A stretch of DNA of 64,000 nucleotides from Limnothrix sp. BL-A-16 (lineage in GTDB: Bacteria > Cyanobacteriota > Cyanobacteriia > CACIAM-69d): the NCBI GenBank assembly GCA_041937175.2, contig CP166615.1, positions 2,656,001 to 2,720,000 of the forward strand, read 5' to 3'. The position numbers and the translations under genes were made by a program. Below, piece after piece: positions 9,877 to 21,086 of the stretch. Positions within the stretch are counted from its first letter, which is position 1; the number at the start of each line of letters is the position of its first letter. The notes beneath the pieces are model-generated. The model worked only from the letters and a program-made list of their open reading frames with translations, was not told the DNA's origin and ran no database searches.

Positions 9877-10679
9877 ACACCTGGAAAAAGTCGAATCTTC
9901 AGCTCCAAAATCATTAATCCAACACAGCCAGCAATCGCCTCAATGGCGTAGCGTTTCGAGTAAAAATAAGATTGACCAGCTTCAACTCGAAAACTACCAT
10001 TGAAGCCGCGGGCTGCTAAGGCCAGTGAGAAATGTTGATAATGTTGTAGCGATCGCACCAGTAACTGACTAACCAGCAGCCCCACACTGTAAATCCACCG
10101 TTGCCTTGTCCGATACCCTCCTCTTGCACGCTGGGCCAGTTGTAATTCAGTCATGACCGCTAACAGCAAGAAAATAAATCGATACATCAGCAACAACAGT
10201 TCAGTTAACAAAACCGGAACTCGCCATTGTCTGAGGACTTGCAGTAAATCGGTAAACGGCGTAGTCAACAACACAAACAGCAAGCAAGAGGTACAGGCGA
10301 TCGACCTCATTCCAATCTGCAATGCTTGCACCAGTCCACTGCGGCTGACCCAAAGATAGCCATTGGCGATCGCCACCCCACCCACCTGATCCTGCTGAAC
10401 AGATACCATCTGCTCAATTGAGACCAAATTCAGGACTAAAGCCAGCAGGCTAGTGACCAAAAACAACCCAGCAGCCATCAAAACCTGCAAGTACACCTTG
10501 ATGGGAATGCGGGCATAGCCCACCGTCCAAACAGCCAGCCACAACACAATCAGCAGTTGGGTACTGATCTGTGCCATCAGAGCAATCAGAAGGGTGGCGA
10601 TCGCAAACCACAGCTTTTGTTGGGGTGAAATGCACCGTAACCGATTAGTGCAGGCGTAGACATCTAGGTGATGAGCCAT
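9873..10679 (-). CDS. cbiQ: Cobalt ECF transporter T component
   Basis: Multi-TM protein with LTTPF, YRFIF, AQRARGG, LAARGF motifs. Confidence 0.92.
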   Translation of the reverse strand: MAHHLDVYACTNRLRCISPQQKLWFAIATLLIALMAQISTQLLIVLWLAVWTVGYARIPIKVYLQVLMAAGLFLVTSLLALVLNLVSIEQMVSVQQDQVGGVAIANGYLWVSRSGLVQALQIGMRSIACTSCLLFVLLTTPFTDLLQVLRQWRVPVLLTELLLLMYRFIFLLLAVMTELQLAQRARGGYRTRQRWIYSVGLLVSQLLVRSLQHYQHFSLALAARGFNGSFRVEAGQSYFYSKRYAIEAIAGCVGLMILELKIRLFPGV

Positions 10680-10703
10680 AAACCGCCGCAACCTCGCGCG
10701 CGT

Positions 10704-11006
10704 TCAATCTTCTCGGTGATCTTGCCCCTTGCTTTTGCCGCGATAGCGCCCAATCACAAAACCAATAGTCCCGGCTCCCAGTGCAGCTTGGGAAGCAAAT
10801 AACAGACTTTCAATTTCACCGCTGGGCGGCTCAAACAGCGGCTGAAACCAAGGTTGATAGCCGGGTTGAACTTCCCCGATCATCTCCTCCGCCTTTACAT
10901 CAGCCCCCTCATAGTCACCCTTCACCCAGAACAAGGGCAGCACTGCCAGCGCCAGCACTGCAATCACCAGCAGCCCGTTTTCGTATTTCTTTAGTGGATT
11001 ATTCAT
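10704..11006 (-). CDS. cbiN: Cobalt transport protein CbiN
   Basis: GAD..A...I......YQPWF.PLFEPPSGEIESLLFASQAALGAG signature. Confidence 0.95.
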   Translation of the reverse strand: MNNPLKKYENGLLVIAVLALAVLPLFWVKGDYEGADVKAEEMIGEVQPGYQPWFQPLFEPPSGEIESLLFASQAALGAGTIGFVIGRYRGKSKGQDHRED

Positions 11007-11010
11007 TGTT

Positions 11011-11763
11011 TTACGCCTCCTGCTTCAGTACCCTCAGTGTTTCCAGATCTGGGCGAGCGTAGGCTTGTAGCCAGTTCCAGACCAGAACCGTCAGCAACCC
11101 TTCAGCGATCGCCAAGGGAATTTGCGTGATGGCAAAGATCCCAGCAAACTTCAAAAATGCCGCCATAATCCCCCCTTGGGCAGCCGGGAAAGCCAGGGCA
11201 AGCTGAATAGAAGTCACGATGTAGGTCAACAAATCGCCCAACGCAGCCGCCAGAAAGATCGCTAATTTTTGAGAACCTAGCTTCAACAGGAGATAGTAAA
11301 TTCCATAGGCAACATAGGGCCCCACGATCGCCATCGAAAACAAGTTGGCACCCAGCGTTGTTAGACCCCCATGAGCCAGTAACAATGCCTGAAACAGAAG
11401 GACGATGCTGCCCAACACTGTCATGACGGAAGGTCCAAACACAATTGCACCCAAGCCTGTTCCTGTTGGGTGCGAGCAACTCCCCGTGACTGAAGGAATC
11501 TTGAGCGCAGAAAGGACAAAGGTAAACGCACCCGCCAAGGCCAGCAGCGGCTTTAATTCAGGGTTTTGCCGCGCGATTTGAGTCAGCGATCGCCAGCCCA
11601 CAATCAAGAAAGGTAACGAAACTGCCCACCAAAATACTGCCCACTGCACTGGCAGAAACCCTTCCATAATGTGCATCGCCTGGGCAGGGGCTGGGCAGCT
11701 AACAACCCCATAGAAACTTAGCCCTGCCATGATGGCAAGGCTCAATCGTTTAGATAACTTCAT
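11011..11763 (-). CDS. cbiM: Cobalt ECF transporter S component with signal peptide
   Basis: [12 protein letters not shown] mature N-terminus, [24 protein letters not shown]. Confidence 0.96.
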   Translation of the reverse strand: MKLSKRLSLAIMAGLSFYGVVSCPAPAQAMHIMEGFLPVQWAVFWWAVSLPFLIVGWRSLTQIARQNPELKPLLALAGAFTFVLSALKIPSVTGSCSHPTGTGLGAIVFGPSVMTVLGSIVLLFQALLLAHGGLTTLGANLFSMAIVGPYVAYGIYYLLLKLGSQKLAIFLAAALGDLLTYIVTSIQLALAFPAAQGGIMAAFLKFAGIFAITQIPLAIAEGLLTVLVWNWLQAYARPDLETLRVLKQEA

Positions 11764-11804
11764 GTTTGTCTGTTGCCTCGCAGACAGGTTCGTAAAACAT
11801 GGAT

Positions 11805-11930
11805 TCTTAAATCGGCGGGCATCCTGACTCAGAGATTAATTTCTCATCACAGTTGCGGGACAGCGGCAGATTCGCACTGCACTTTCCCCCTTGCGTTTGA
11901 TGGCTGTTCCCCATCAAAACCGATCGCATC
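11805..11930 (-). ncRNA. Cobalamin riboswitch upstream of cbiMNQO
   Basis: Minus strand: ATCGGTTTTGATGGGGAACAGCCATCAAACGCAAGGGGGAAAGTGCAGTGCGAATCTGCCGCTGTCCCGCAACTGTGA...GAGTCAGGATGCCCGCCGAT, with P1, P2, GGGAA, GCAACTGT and B12 box. Confidence 0.92.
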
Positions 11931-11940
11931 CAACAATAAC

Positions 11941-11974
11941 GTAGGGGCGGCCCAACTCGGCAGGCTACCCCTAC
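11941..11974. repeat. GTAG-type REP-like hairpin
   Basis: GTAGGGGCGGCC...GGCTACCCCTAC. Confidence 0.6.
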
Positions 11975-12073
11975 ATTTCTTTATGGCATCTCGAATGATT
12001 AGTCGTTGTTGCCGTGATCAGTCATGGTGCAAACACAAGCATTCCGAGCGAAGAAGTTCGACCACGGCAATGA

Positions 12074-13327
12074 TTAAGCCGCCGTCAACACCCGTTCAAT
12101 CCGCTCTAGGGCCCAATCGAGCTGCGATCGCGTAATCACCAGCGGCGGCGCAAACCGAATAATATCTTCACGGGTTTCCTTCGCCAGCACCCCTTCTTGC
12201 ATCAGGGCCTTGCAGAACCGTCTTGCTCCGCCCGCTTCCGGTTTCAGCTCCACCCCAATCAACATGCCTCGCCCTCGCACTTCTTGGATGTGAGGACTGG
12301 TAATTTCACGCAATCGCATCATGAAGTAAGTACCCAACTCGGCAGCATGATCGGGCAATTGTTCTTCCACAATTACATCCAATGCCGCCATCCCTACGGC
12401 CGCAGCCAGGGGATTCCCCCCAAAGGTACTGCCATGATCTCCAGGATTAAACACATCCATCACTGCATGGGTACTCACAAAAGCAGAAATGGGATAGAAC
12501 CCACCCGACAATGCCTTACCGATGGTAATTCCATCCGGCTTCACGCCTTCATGTTCAAAAGCAAACATCTTACCCGTGCGCCCCAATCCCGTTTGAATTT
12601 CATCAAACACCAACAGCACATTATTCTGGCGGCACAGACGCTCGGCCTGCTGGAGATAGCCATCGGGGGGAATCATAATGCCACCTTCCCCCTGAATCGG
12701 CTCTAAAAAGAAAGCCGCCGTATGCGGCGTAATCGCAGCTTCCAGGGCTGCCACATCGCCATAGGGCACCACTTTAAATCCCGACGTAAATGGGCCAAAT
12801 CCAGACTGATACTGCTCCTCGGTGGAAAAGCTGATAATGCTAATGGTGCGCCCGGCAAAGTTATTGCTACACACAATAATTTCCGCTTGGTTAGCAGGCA
12901 CGCCCTTCACGGTATAAGCCCATTTACGGATGGCCTTAATCGCCGTTTCAACAGCTTCTGCACCCGAATTCATCGGTAACACCTTGGGCAGTCCTGAAAT
13001 CTGACATAGCTTTTCGTAGAACCGTCCCAACTGATCATTACGGAAGGCGCGAGACGTTAGCGTCACTTTAGCGGCTTGTTCCACCATTGCCTGGAGGATA
13101 CGCGGGTGACAATGACCCTGATTGAGAGCAGAATAGGCGCTCAAGCAATCCAGGTATTTATTGCCATCAATATCCCAAACCCAAACCCCCTGTCCCTCGG
13201 TAATCACAACATCTAATGGATGGTAGTTATCCGCTCCATAGGTGGTTTCTAGATCGATGTAGTCCTGGTTTGTGAGATGAGAAGGGCTAGAGGGGGCCGA
13301 CAAGGCAGTAGGCGAGATCATTGGCAT
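12074..13327 (-). CDS. rocD: Ornithine--oxo-acid aminotransferase (class III PLP)
   Basis: [74 protein letters not shown]; these fit OAT better than ArgD. Confidence 0.9.
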   Translation of the reverse strand: MPMISPTALSAPSSPSHLTNQDYIDLETTYGADNYHPLDVVITEGQGVWVWDIDGNKYLDCLSAYSALNQGHCHPRILQAMVEQAAKVTLTSRAFRNDQLGRFYEKLCQISGLPKVLPMNSGAEAVETAIKAIRKWAYTVKGVPANQAEIIVCSNNFAGRTISIISFSTEEQYQSGFGPFTSGFKVVPYGDVAALEAAITPHTAAFFLEPIQGEGGIMIPPDGYLQQAERLCRQNNVLLVFDEIQTGLGRTGKMFAFEHEGVKPDGITIGKALSGGFYPISAFVSTHAVMDVFNPGDHGSTFGGNPLAAAVGMAALDVIVEEQLPDHAAELGTYFMMRLREITSPHIQEVRGRGMLIGVELKPEAGGARRFCKALMQEGVLAKETREDIIRFAPPLVITRSQLDWALERIERVLTAA

Positions 13328-13738
13328 TATCTTTCTCAAACTTGATAAAAGGCTGATGGATCTTCTGAGTTCTAGAATTCAACACCACCAATCCCAACCG
13401 AACGGCCGCTTACAGATAGCCTGCAAACGGACATGTCCAGATAGACGATGACGTTAAATTGGAATAGGAAACGACAAGCCTGAACCCAAGTTCAGGGGTT
13501 GGATGTCGATCAAGAGGTTTTTGAGCAGATTGCAGGTTGCTGCACTATCGGCATCGGTTCAGTGTCTCTGTCACTGGATGCGCAGCTAAATCCTGCTGAT
13601 AAAGCCTGTTGCCCATTCAACTTGGGCATGGAAGTTAGAGGGAGAAAAATTTCCCATTGGTAGTGGCTGGTATGTCAGCACAACGCCTGGTTAATTAGCA
13701 CTATACACCCAAGAAACAGGGAAAGCGTGGCTGAAACT

Positions 13739-13752
13739 GTAAAAATAGATAC
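13739..13752. promoter_or_regulatory. Candidate NtcA box (GTA-N8-TAC) upstream of rocD
   Basis: GTAAAAATAGATAC; a TATAGT -10-like hexamer lies 33 nt downstream on the minus strand (non-canonical spacing). Confidence 0.4.
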
Positions 13753-13786
13753 GAATCTCAACAACTTTTGCGCCTGAATGCTACGT

Positions 13787-14092
13787 GTCAACTCAATCAG
13801 GGGATTAACTTCGTAACTTTGTGACCGGTCGCCAGGGTTTAGGATCGCCCTCAGAGCGCGGGAAACAAGCTAAAGCTGCTGAAATGGAGGCCCAAATGAC
13901 AACAACAGTGGCGATCGAACAACTGACACTTCAAAACCTCGAAGAGCGGTTTGGCCTCCAGCGCAGTGCTGATCCAGAGTTCTTTCGGGAGTGGCGCGAT
14001 CGGTTGCCGGAATTGGGGCGATCGAGGGCGATCGGCTGCAACGAATCCAAGCCAGCTATGCGAACTTAGCGCGGCGATCGGTGCTCGAAAAT
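13787..14092 (+). pseudogene. Direct repeat copy 2: same truncated gene start as 362-668, with a 1-nt deletion frameshift
   Basis: Matches 362-668; TTGGGGGCG in copy 1 is TTGGGGCG here; breaks off at the same SVLEN position. Confidence 0.85.
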
Positions 14093-14114
14093 ACGGTCAT
14101 GCGGAATTGGCTGC

Positions 14115-15401
14115 TCAGTCTGTGATTGGCAGTCGAATGCAGAACTCGGTGCCTACACCTAGGTTGGACTGTACTTCTAAACTACCACCATGTTTTTCGA
14201 CCACAATTTCACGGGCGATCGTCAGCCCCAATCCCGTGCCCTTGCCCACGCCTTTTGTCGTAAACAAATGATCAAAAATTCGTTCTCTCACCTCTTCTGT
14301 CATACCTTTGCCGTTATCAGAAATCTGAATCTGTACCTGGTTGGCATCGGCGGTGGTGCGAATCGTAATCTCTTGGGGGTGAGCTTGTAGCTGCTCGAAA
14401 GACTGCCCTTGGGCGATGTCGTCAAACATATCGATCGCATTCGCCAAAATATTCATAAATACCTGATTCAATTGCCCTGGAAAGCAATCAATCACTGGAA
14501 TATCACCATAGTCTCGAATTACCTCGATCGCCGGTCGAAATTCATTGGCCTTGAGACGATATTTCAGAATCAATAAAGTACTGTCAATGCCTTCGTGCAG
14601 GTTAGCGCTGACTTTGTAGACCACATCAGCCCGAGAAAACGTCCTGAGGCTGGTACTGATCGATGTAATCCGCTCCGTAGCTCCCTGCATCGAGACCAAC
14701 ACTTTCGGTAAATCCTCGCTCAAGAATTCCAACTCAATATCATTGGCATGTTCTTGAATGAGTTGATCAGTTTGGGGATACCGCTGCTGGTATAGGCGCA
14801 AATGCTCCAGCAAGGCTTCTACATAGTCTTTGGTGTTGTGGATACTGCCACTGAGGAACCCAATTGGATTGTTGATTTCATGAGCAACTCCGGCCACCAA
14901 ATTACCCAGAGAAGCCATTTTTTCAGCCTGGATCAGTTGCAGTTGCGATCGCGAGAGTTGGTCTAGGGTCAATTGCAACTCAGCCGTTCGCTCTTCAACC
15001 CGACGTTCAAGCTGTTGGGTTAAAGAACTGAGTTGCAGATGGGTATTCACCCGCGCCAACAGCTCTGCTTCTTGAAATGGTTTGGTGATGTAATCAACAG
15101 CCCCCAGCGCAAACCCTTTGACTTTGCTGTCTACAGCCGTTAGGGCAGTCATGAAAATAACGGGGATGCGAGCAGTTCCTGGATCAGCTTTCAACTGCTG
15201 ACAGGTTTCAAATCCATCCATCCCAGGCATTTGCACATCTAGCAAAATCAAGTCGGGGATGTAGGTTTGCAGCCGCTTGAGGGCGCGCTCACCACTGATA
15301 GCTGTAGAAGTGGCATATCCTGCCAAGGACAGGGTTTCGGTAATTACTTCTAGATTGGCGGGTGTATCATCCACCACAAGAATCTTGACACTATCCAGCA
15401 T
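14115..15401 (-). CDS. Receiver-histidine kinase hybrid (REC-HisKA-HATPase)
   Basis: [26 protein letters not shown]-box; [19 protein letters not shown]. Confidence 0.93.
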   Translation of the reverse strand: MLDSVKILVVDDTPANLEVITETLSLAGYATSTAISGERALKRLQTYIPDLILLDVQMPGMDGFETCQQLKADPGTARIPVIFMTALTAVDSKVKGFALGAVDYITKPFQEAELLARVNTHLQLSSLTQQLERRVEERTAELQLTLDQLSRSQLQLIQAEKMASLGNLVAGVAHEINNPIGFLSGSIHNTKDYVEALLEHLRLYQQRYPQTDQLIQEHANDIELEFLSEDLPKVLVSMQGATERITSISTSLRTFSRADVVYKVSANLHEGIDSTLLILKYRLKANEFRPAIEVIRDYGDIPVIDCFPGQLNQVFMNILANAIDMFDDIAQGQSFEQLQAHPQEITIRTTADANQVQIQISDNGKGMTEEVRERIFDHLFTTKGVGKGTGLGLTIAREIVVEKHGGSLEVQSNLGVGTEFCIRLPITD

Positions 15402-18024
15402 GAATTATCCCCCCATCAACATTCTCTAAATCTGCTAAATATTGCTGTAGCAAGTCCTCAATTTCTTCAGCCTGAAACTGTTGAGCAAACTGAAGCAGCG
15501 GTTCGGCAAAAGGGATATACCGTTGGTCGGTATGGACTAAATGCTCCAACTGCTCACGTAGGATTTTGATGTTAGCTTGTCGAGCTAGGGCCAACAAGGC
15601 TGATAGGGTTTCATAGGGGGGCGCAACCCAATCCGTGGGGGCAGTCACCACCAAATCTGAAGCGGCGGTTGGAGGTTCGTAGATCCACTCCACCTGTAAG
15701 TGCTCCGACAATAGTTCAAACAATGCTGTGGCATCCACAGGCTTGCCCAGGAAGTCATCACCACCGCTATTGAGGGCCATCTCTTGATCCAACTGAGCGA
15801 CGGAGGCAGAGGAGACAATCACCTTCGTCTGGTGCAACTTGTCGTTGGTGCGAATTTGCTTCAAGAACTCAAAACCATCCATCACGGGCATTGCCAGATC
15901 GGTCACCACAAGATCGGGTTGCTCAGATTGAAGGGAGGCTAACCCCTCTTGTCCGTTTTGGGCTTCGATCACCCTAAAGCCCAGAGGTTCTAAGAGGTTC
16001 AGCAAGACCGCTCGGTTCTCCCAGCGATCGTCCACGATCAGGATCGTCTGCCGATCTCCGGCATAGCCCATAATGCGATCGCACCCTTCTAGTCCCCCTT
16101 GCTGTCTAGCCCAGTCTTTCACTAACAGAAGGTCGAGCGTAAAGGAAAACTCACTGCCAGCCCCCAATTGACTCTTGACCTGGATTTGTCCTCCCATCAA
16201 CTGCACAATCCGCTGACTAATGGCCAGACCCAGACCGGTGCCCTCAGATTGCTTGTGGCGATCGCCTACTTGCTCAAAGGCCTGAAATAGTTTCGTGCAG
16301 TCTGCCTCAGCAATCCCCACCCCCGTATCAATGACCTGAAAAGTCAGGGACACCTGGGTCTCAGAGCAATGCAACACATCAACCCGTAGTGTTACCGTCC
16401 CGTGATCCGTAAATTTGATGGCGTTGCCTAACAAATTAATCAGCACCTGACGCAACCGCTTTTCATCGGTGGAAACGCCATCGGGCAAACGAGAACTGGG
16501 CTGATAGACAAATTCGATGCCCTTTTGCTCAGCCCGAATCTTGCACATTTCCACCACGCTTTGGAGCAAGGAAGGTAAGTGCACTGCGGTTGGAGCCAGT
16601 TCTAGTTTGCGGGCTTCGATTTTGGACAGATCCAAAATGTCGTTGATCAGGGTTAGCAGATGGGAACCACATTGGTGGATGATGTTCACCCCCCGCCGCT
16701 CTTTATCGGGCAAGGCTTTGGAACGTCCTAGAATCTGGGCATAGCCCAAAATTCCGTTTAATGGGGTGCGCAATTCATGGCTCATGTTGGCCAAAAAGTC
16801 ACTCTTTGCCTGGTTCGCCGCATCCGCTTGCTCCTTCGCCTGGGCCAGTTCAGCAGTGCGCTCTGCCACACGGTGCTCCAAGGTGCTAAACGATGCCTTG
16901 AGCTGACCCGCCATTTGATTAAAGGTCTGGGCGAGCTTACCCACTTCATCCTCGGTGAGCACAGGCACGGTTTGGGTTAAATCCCCTGCCGCCAGATGGG
17001 TGGCTGCGGTGCTAATGGCCAAAATCGGACGGGTAATACGTCGAGACAGAAGATAAACCGCAATCAGAAGCACCCCAGAAGACAGAAACCCAATCAGCAG
17101 AATATTTCTGGACAATTGTTGAGCGGGCAAGAAGGCCTGATCTTGGCTAATTTCAGCCATTAAGACCAAATTTTGCTCCGGTAGCCAACGATAAACGCCG
17201 ACCACGGGCACTCCTTGATAGTTGGTATAGCGGCCAAAGCCACTTTGTTGGTTGATCGCAGATTCAATGCCGTCACTGCTGATGCCTTCGGTATCGGGCA
17301 CGGCACTCGTCTCTGCTGATGCGGCTTGCTTTGAGATAAAGACTGTTTTGCCTTTGGCGCGACCCACCAGGTAGGTTTCTGCGGTCTCGCCTAAACCCGT
17401 ATTATCGCGAATCAGCGTATCTACTTCTTCGAGATCTAAATCGACCACGAGAGCAGCCATCCGATCGCCCCGACTGTCCATAATTGGGGTCGCAACAGTA
17501 ATGGCTGCCTTTTGAGTTTTGGGGGAGATGTAGAAGTTGGGAACCACCACATTCAGGCGATCGCGGGTGAAGTAGGTTGCTGGATCGCCTAGGGGGCGGT
17601 ATCTGCCCTCAAGGGTGGGGTCATCGGAAGCAAAGACCACAAACCCACTGTTGCGGGTAATCCGAATGCTGCGCAGATTGGGTTTAATCTGGGTCAGCTC
17701 AGCAATATATTGGTCAAGGGCCTTGCGGGCTTCTGGATAGGCTGGCTGGGTTGGATCCGTGGTCAGCAAAGTATTAATCGCTGTTTGAACTTTACTTTCG
17801 CGACTGACCCATAGGATGTCGCGTAATTGATCCTTAACCCATTTGTTTAGCTGATAGTTTTTGAGCTGTGCAGCGACTGTGAGCCGGTTAATAACTTCCG
17901 CCTCTAATGAGGCCCGAGCTTGGAAGTATGAACCGATCGCCACAGCACTAACGGTGACAATCGACAGCAATGAGAAGTAGCTGACTAACTGGGTTAGCAG
18001 GCTATGAGTTAGCCAGCGTTTCAT
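15391..18024 (-). CDS. Membrane hybrid sensor kinase (Cache-like periplasmic domain, HAMP, HisKA, HATPase, REC)
   Basis: Two TM helices around a ~280-aa extracytoplasmic region ([24 protein letters not shown]), [31 protein letters not shown]-terminal REC (TDLAMP). Confidence 0.92.
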   Translation of the reverse strand: MKRWLTHSLLTQLVSYFSLLSIVTVSAVAIGSYFQARASLEAEVINRLTVAAQLKNYQLNKWVKDQLRDILWVSRESKVQTAINTLLTTDPTQPAYPEARKALDQYIAELTQIKPNLRSIRITRNSGFVVFASDDPTLEGRYRPLGDPATYFTRDRLNVVVPNFYISPKTQKAAITVATPIMDSRGDRMAALVVDLDLEEVDTLIRDNTGLGETAETYLVGRAKGKTVFISKQAASAETSAVPDTEGISSDGIESAINQQSGFGRYTNYQGVPVVGVYRWLPEQNLVLMAEISQDQAFLPAQQLSRNILLIGFLSSGVLLIAVYLLSRRITRPILAISTAATHLAAGDLTQTVPVLTEDEVGKLAQTFNQMAGQLKASFSTLEHRVAERTAELAQAKEQADAANQAKSDFLANMSHELRTPLNGILGYAQILGRSKALPDKERRGVNIIHQCGSHLLTLINDILDLSKIEARKLELAPTAVHLPSLLQSVVEMCKIRAEQKGIEFVYQPSSRLPDGVSTDEKRLRQVLINLLGNAIKFTDHGTVTLRVDVLHCSETQVSLTFQVIDTGVGIAEADCTKLFQAFEQVGDRHKQSEGTGLGLAISQRIVQLMGGQIQVKSQLGAGSEFSFTLDLLLVKDWARQQGGLEGCDRIMGYAGDRQTILIVDDRWENRAVLLNLLEPLGFRVIEAQNGQEGLASLQSEQPDLVVTDLAMPVMDGFEFLKQIRTNDKLHQTKVIVSSASVAQLDQEMALNSGGDDFLGKPVDATALFELLSEHLQVEWIYEPPTAASDLVVTAPTDWVAPPYETLSALLALARQANIKILREQLEHLVHTDQRYIPFAEPLLQFAQQFQAEEIEDLLQQYLADLENVDGGIIHAG

Positions 18025-19445
18025 ACGGCTTTCTCCCATTCAGTCCAAATGGTTTTGATCTGATTAATTGCCCAGTCACTGGCTTCAGTGGCAGAAGTGT
18101 TATCTTGCACAACTTTGAGGACGGTCTTTGCCCAGAGTTGTTGACTTTGCACTTCACTAAAGACAGGGTGAATAACTTCGTAGGGAATCAAGCTGGGGCG
18201 ATTGTAAATCTTTAAGGCCGCTGCCAAATGAGGATCAGGAGTATTGCTCCAGAGGGAATTCTTAAACAACTGGGGCATCACGGGCATGACTCGTCCCTTA
18301 AAGCCTGTGATCAACTGATTAATATTTTTCGGCTCAACTAAATAAGCCAGGAAATTTTTGGCCGCTTCTGGATGTGGACAGGCTTTCGGCACGATGGCCT
18401 GTTTGATGCCCTTTCGGGTGAATAAGTCAGTACCATCTGGTTTTTGAGGCCGCCCGATCGTGACCATTTGTTGATACCGTGTCGCTGCATCCTGGTTATA
18501 TTGGTTGGCGGGCAATTGCTGCGTCAGCGGAATCGAGAGGGTCAGATTTTGGGTCATTAAAATACCCCCATCAATGAAACTACTATTGTTACCTCCTCCA
18601 GTCCATTCCAGGGCAGCAGGGGGGACGTAACCCTCTTTGAAAAAGCGAGTAAATTGGTCTAGGGCAGCAATCATTCGTTGTCGATTTTGGGGATCTTCGA
18701 GGGAAAATTCACCCTCACGGGTGATGACTTCAACATTATAGGCATCGAGAAACATCATCAATGAAGTATAGGTGTCGAACCCAGTGGATGACATGCATAG
18801 CCCGATGCCATAAATGTCAGGATGATCTTGCGATCGCAACTGAGTTTGTGCCGTTTTCCAAAACTTCCAAAAAGGATCCCAAGCCATAGGCACATCAGTT
18901 GGGCCAAACCCAATTGCCTCCACTAAGTTTCCCCAGTAGTGGATGTAATCTTCCGCCTGCCACAGGGGGAGGGCATAATAGCTGCGTTCTCCTCTCGCTT
19001 GGCTCCGGTAGTTCACCTGGGAAAGGGCAATGGGGGTGTAGCGGTCTTTAATGGGCAGAATCACCTCTGATAGATCAAGTAATTGATCTTGCCATGCCAA
19101 TTTCGGTGCTAGGTTGGTATCAAGTCCAACGGAATAGACAATATCAGGAATTTGGGGGTTACCCGGTTCAGTCACCAACTGAGAAAGTTGCTGATCAATT
19201 AGATCTACGGGTAAGAGCTTCAAGTTCACGGTCAAACCAGATAGCTCCTCCCAATCTTGAACAATCTGAGCAACTCCCTTGTTTTCTTCTGGTAGAAAAC
19301 CCTGCTCCCACCAAATGGTTAGATCAGTATCGGAGCGAGATTTAACTGAGTTAGTAGGGGAAATTTGGGTAGGGGCAGTGCAGTTGGCTAATCCCAACCC
19401 CAAGCCAAATAGAGAGAGTCGAGTGAAGTCGCGTCGGTTCAGCAT
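18021..19445 (-). CDS. Extracellular solute-binding (lipo)protein, SBP family 1-like
   Basis: Tat-like NRRDF plus lipobox-like [37 protein letters not shown] overlap with the kinase. Confidence 0.85.
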   Translation of the reverse strand: MLNRRDFTRLSLFGLGLGLANCTAPTQISPTNSVKSRSDTDLTIWWEQGFLPEENKGVAQIVQDWEELSGLTVNLKLLPVDLIDQQLSQLVTEPGNPQIPDIVYSVGLDTNLAPKLAWQDQLLDLSEVILPIKDRYTPIALSQVNYRSQARGERSYYALPLWQAEDYIHYWGNLVEAIGFGPTDVPMAWDPFWKFWKTAQTQLRSQDHPDIYGIGLCMSSTGFDTYTSLMMFLDAYNVEVITREGEFSLEDPQNRQRMIAALDQFTRFFKEGYVPPAALEWTGGGNNSSFIDGGILMTQNLTLSIPLTQQLPANQYNQDAATRYQQMVTIGRPQKPDGTDLFTRKGIKQAIVPKACPHPEAAKNFLAYLVEPKNINQLITGFKGRVMPVMPQLFKNSLWSNTPDPHLAAALKIYNRPSLIPYEVIHPVFSEVQSQQLWAKTVLKVVQDNTSATEASDWAINQIKTIWTEWEKAV

Positions 19446-19638
19446 GACAACTAATCTGAGGTGGATGGTATTTGAGAACTGAGCGGATAGATGGCGGTGT
19501 TGACTATCACGAAATATGAGGTCAACAATCGATCATGGTTGACTTTTTGAGAACCATCAAACCAAAACCTAGATGAACAGCGGTTGAATAGAAACATCCT
19601 GCTTTAGAATAAAGAGTCTCGATCGCCCCGCCAGAGCC

Positions 19639-20994
19639 ATGAGCAACCAACCCCGCCGCTACCACATCACCACCTTCGGCTGTCAGATGAACAAGGCCGA
19701 CTCCGAGCGGATGGCCGGCATCCTCGACACCATGGGTTTTGCTTGGACCGAAGAACCCGAAGAAGCGGATCTGATTCTCTACAACACCTGCACGATCCGC
19801 GACAACGCCGAGCAAAAGGTCTATTCCTACTTGGGGCGGCAGGCCAAGCGCAAACAAACTAACCCAGACCTGACGATCGTGGTGGCCGGCTGCGTGGCCC
19901 AACAGGAAGGCGAGCAACTGTTGCGGCGCGTACCCGAGGTGGACTTGATCATGGGGCCGCAGCACGCCAACCGCCTCGAAGACTTGCTGGAGCAGGTGTT
20001 CAACGGCAGCCAGGTGGTGGCCACGGAACCCGTCCACATCATGGAAGACATCACCAAGCCCCGCCGCGACAGCCAAATCACGGCTTGGGTGAACGTGATC
20101 TATGGCTGTAACGAGCGCTGCACCTATTGTGTCGTTCCCGGCGTGCGCGGTGTGGAGCAATCGCGCTATCCCGAGGAAATTCGCCGGGAAATGGAAGAAT
20201 TGGGTCGCCAGGGCTACAAGGAAGTGACCTTGCTGGGCCAAAACATCGATGCCTATGGGCGCGACTTGCCCGGGAGCTTGCCCGACGGACGGCACAAGTA
20301 CAACTTCACGGACTTGTTGCGGGAAGTGCATGACGTGGAAGGCATTGAGCGGTTGCGGTTTGCCACCAGCCACCCGCGCTACTTCACAGAGCGGCTGATT
20401 CGCACCTGCGCCGAGCTGCCGAAGGTTTGCAAGCATTTCCACATTCCATTCCAGTCGGGTGATAACGAGGTGCTGAAGGCCATGTCGCGCGGCTACACCC
20501 ATGAGCGCTACCGGCAAATTATCGACACGATTCGCCGCTACATGCCCGATGCGTCGATTAGTGCCGATGCGATTGTTGGTTTCCCCGGCGAAACGGAGGC
20601 GCAATTCCAAAACACGCTGAAGCTGGTTGAGGATATTGGCTTTGATCAGCTCAACACGGCGGCCTATTCGCCCCGACCCGGTACACCCGCGGCCCTGTGG
20701 GACAACCAGTTGGATGAGGAAACCAAGAGCGATCGCCTGCAACGGTTGAATCATTTGGTGTCCGTTAAGGCGGCGGAGCGATCGCAGCGCTATTTTGGCC
20801 GCACGGAATACGTGTTGGTGGAAGATGTGAACCCGAAAAATTCGAGCCAGGTGATGGGCCGCACCGATGGCAATCGGTTGACCTTCTTCGCGGGAGATTT
20901 TGCAGAACTGCGCGGCAAAATTGTCCCCGTCAAAATTACGGAGGTACGGGCCTTCAGTTTGACCGGCGAGGCTTTGTTGCCCGCTCTTTGCTAA
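19639..20994 (+). CDS. miaB: tRNA-2-methylthio-N6-dimethylallyladenosine synthase
   Basis: [32 protein letters not shown] radical-SAM motif, C-terminal TRAM domain. Confidence 0.97.
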   Translation: MSNQPRRYHITTFGCQMNKADSERMAGILDTMGFAWTEEPEEADLILYNTCTIRDNAEQKVYSYLGRQAKRKQTNPDLTIVVAGCVAQQEGEQLLRRVPEVDLIMGPQHANRLEDLLEQVFNGSQVVATEPVHIMEDITKPRRDSQITAWVNVIYGCNERCTYCVVPGVRGVEQSRYPEEIRREMEELGRQGYKEVTLLGQNIDAYGRDLPGSLPDGRHKYNFTDLLREVHDVEGIERLRFATSHPRYFTERLIRTCAELPKVCKHFHIPFQSGDNEVLKAMSRGYTHERYRQIIDTIRRYMPDASISADAIVGFPGETEAQFQNTLKLVEDIGFDQLNTAAYSPRPGTPAALWDNQLDEETKSDRLQRLNHLVSVKAAERSQRYFGRTEYVLVEDVNPKNSSQVMGRTDGNRLTFFAGDFAELRGKIVPVKITEVRAFSLTGEALLPALC

Positions 20995-21086
20995 GACAAC
21001 CGATTCATGTTGGGCGGCGATCGCCCTGAGGTGCGAATTCCCTGGGAACGCAACCCACATTAGTTCGCCAAAGCTAGTTAAGCCAG

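Noticed and set aside
19499..19528. TGTTGAC-N16-GTCAACA inverted repeat upstream of the SBP operon
   Set aside because: 7-bp arms with a long spacer, single occurrence; too weak to call an operator.
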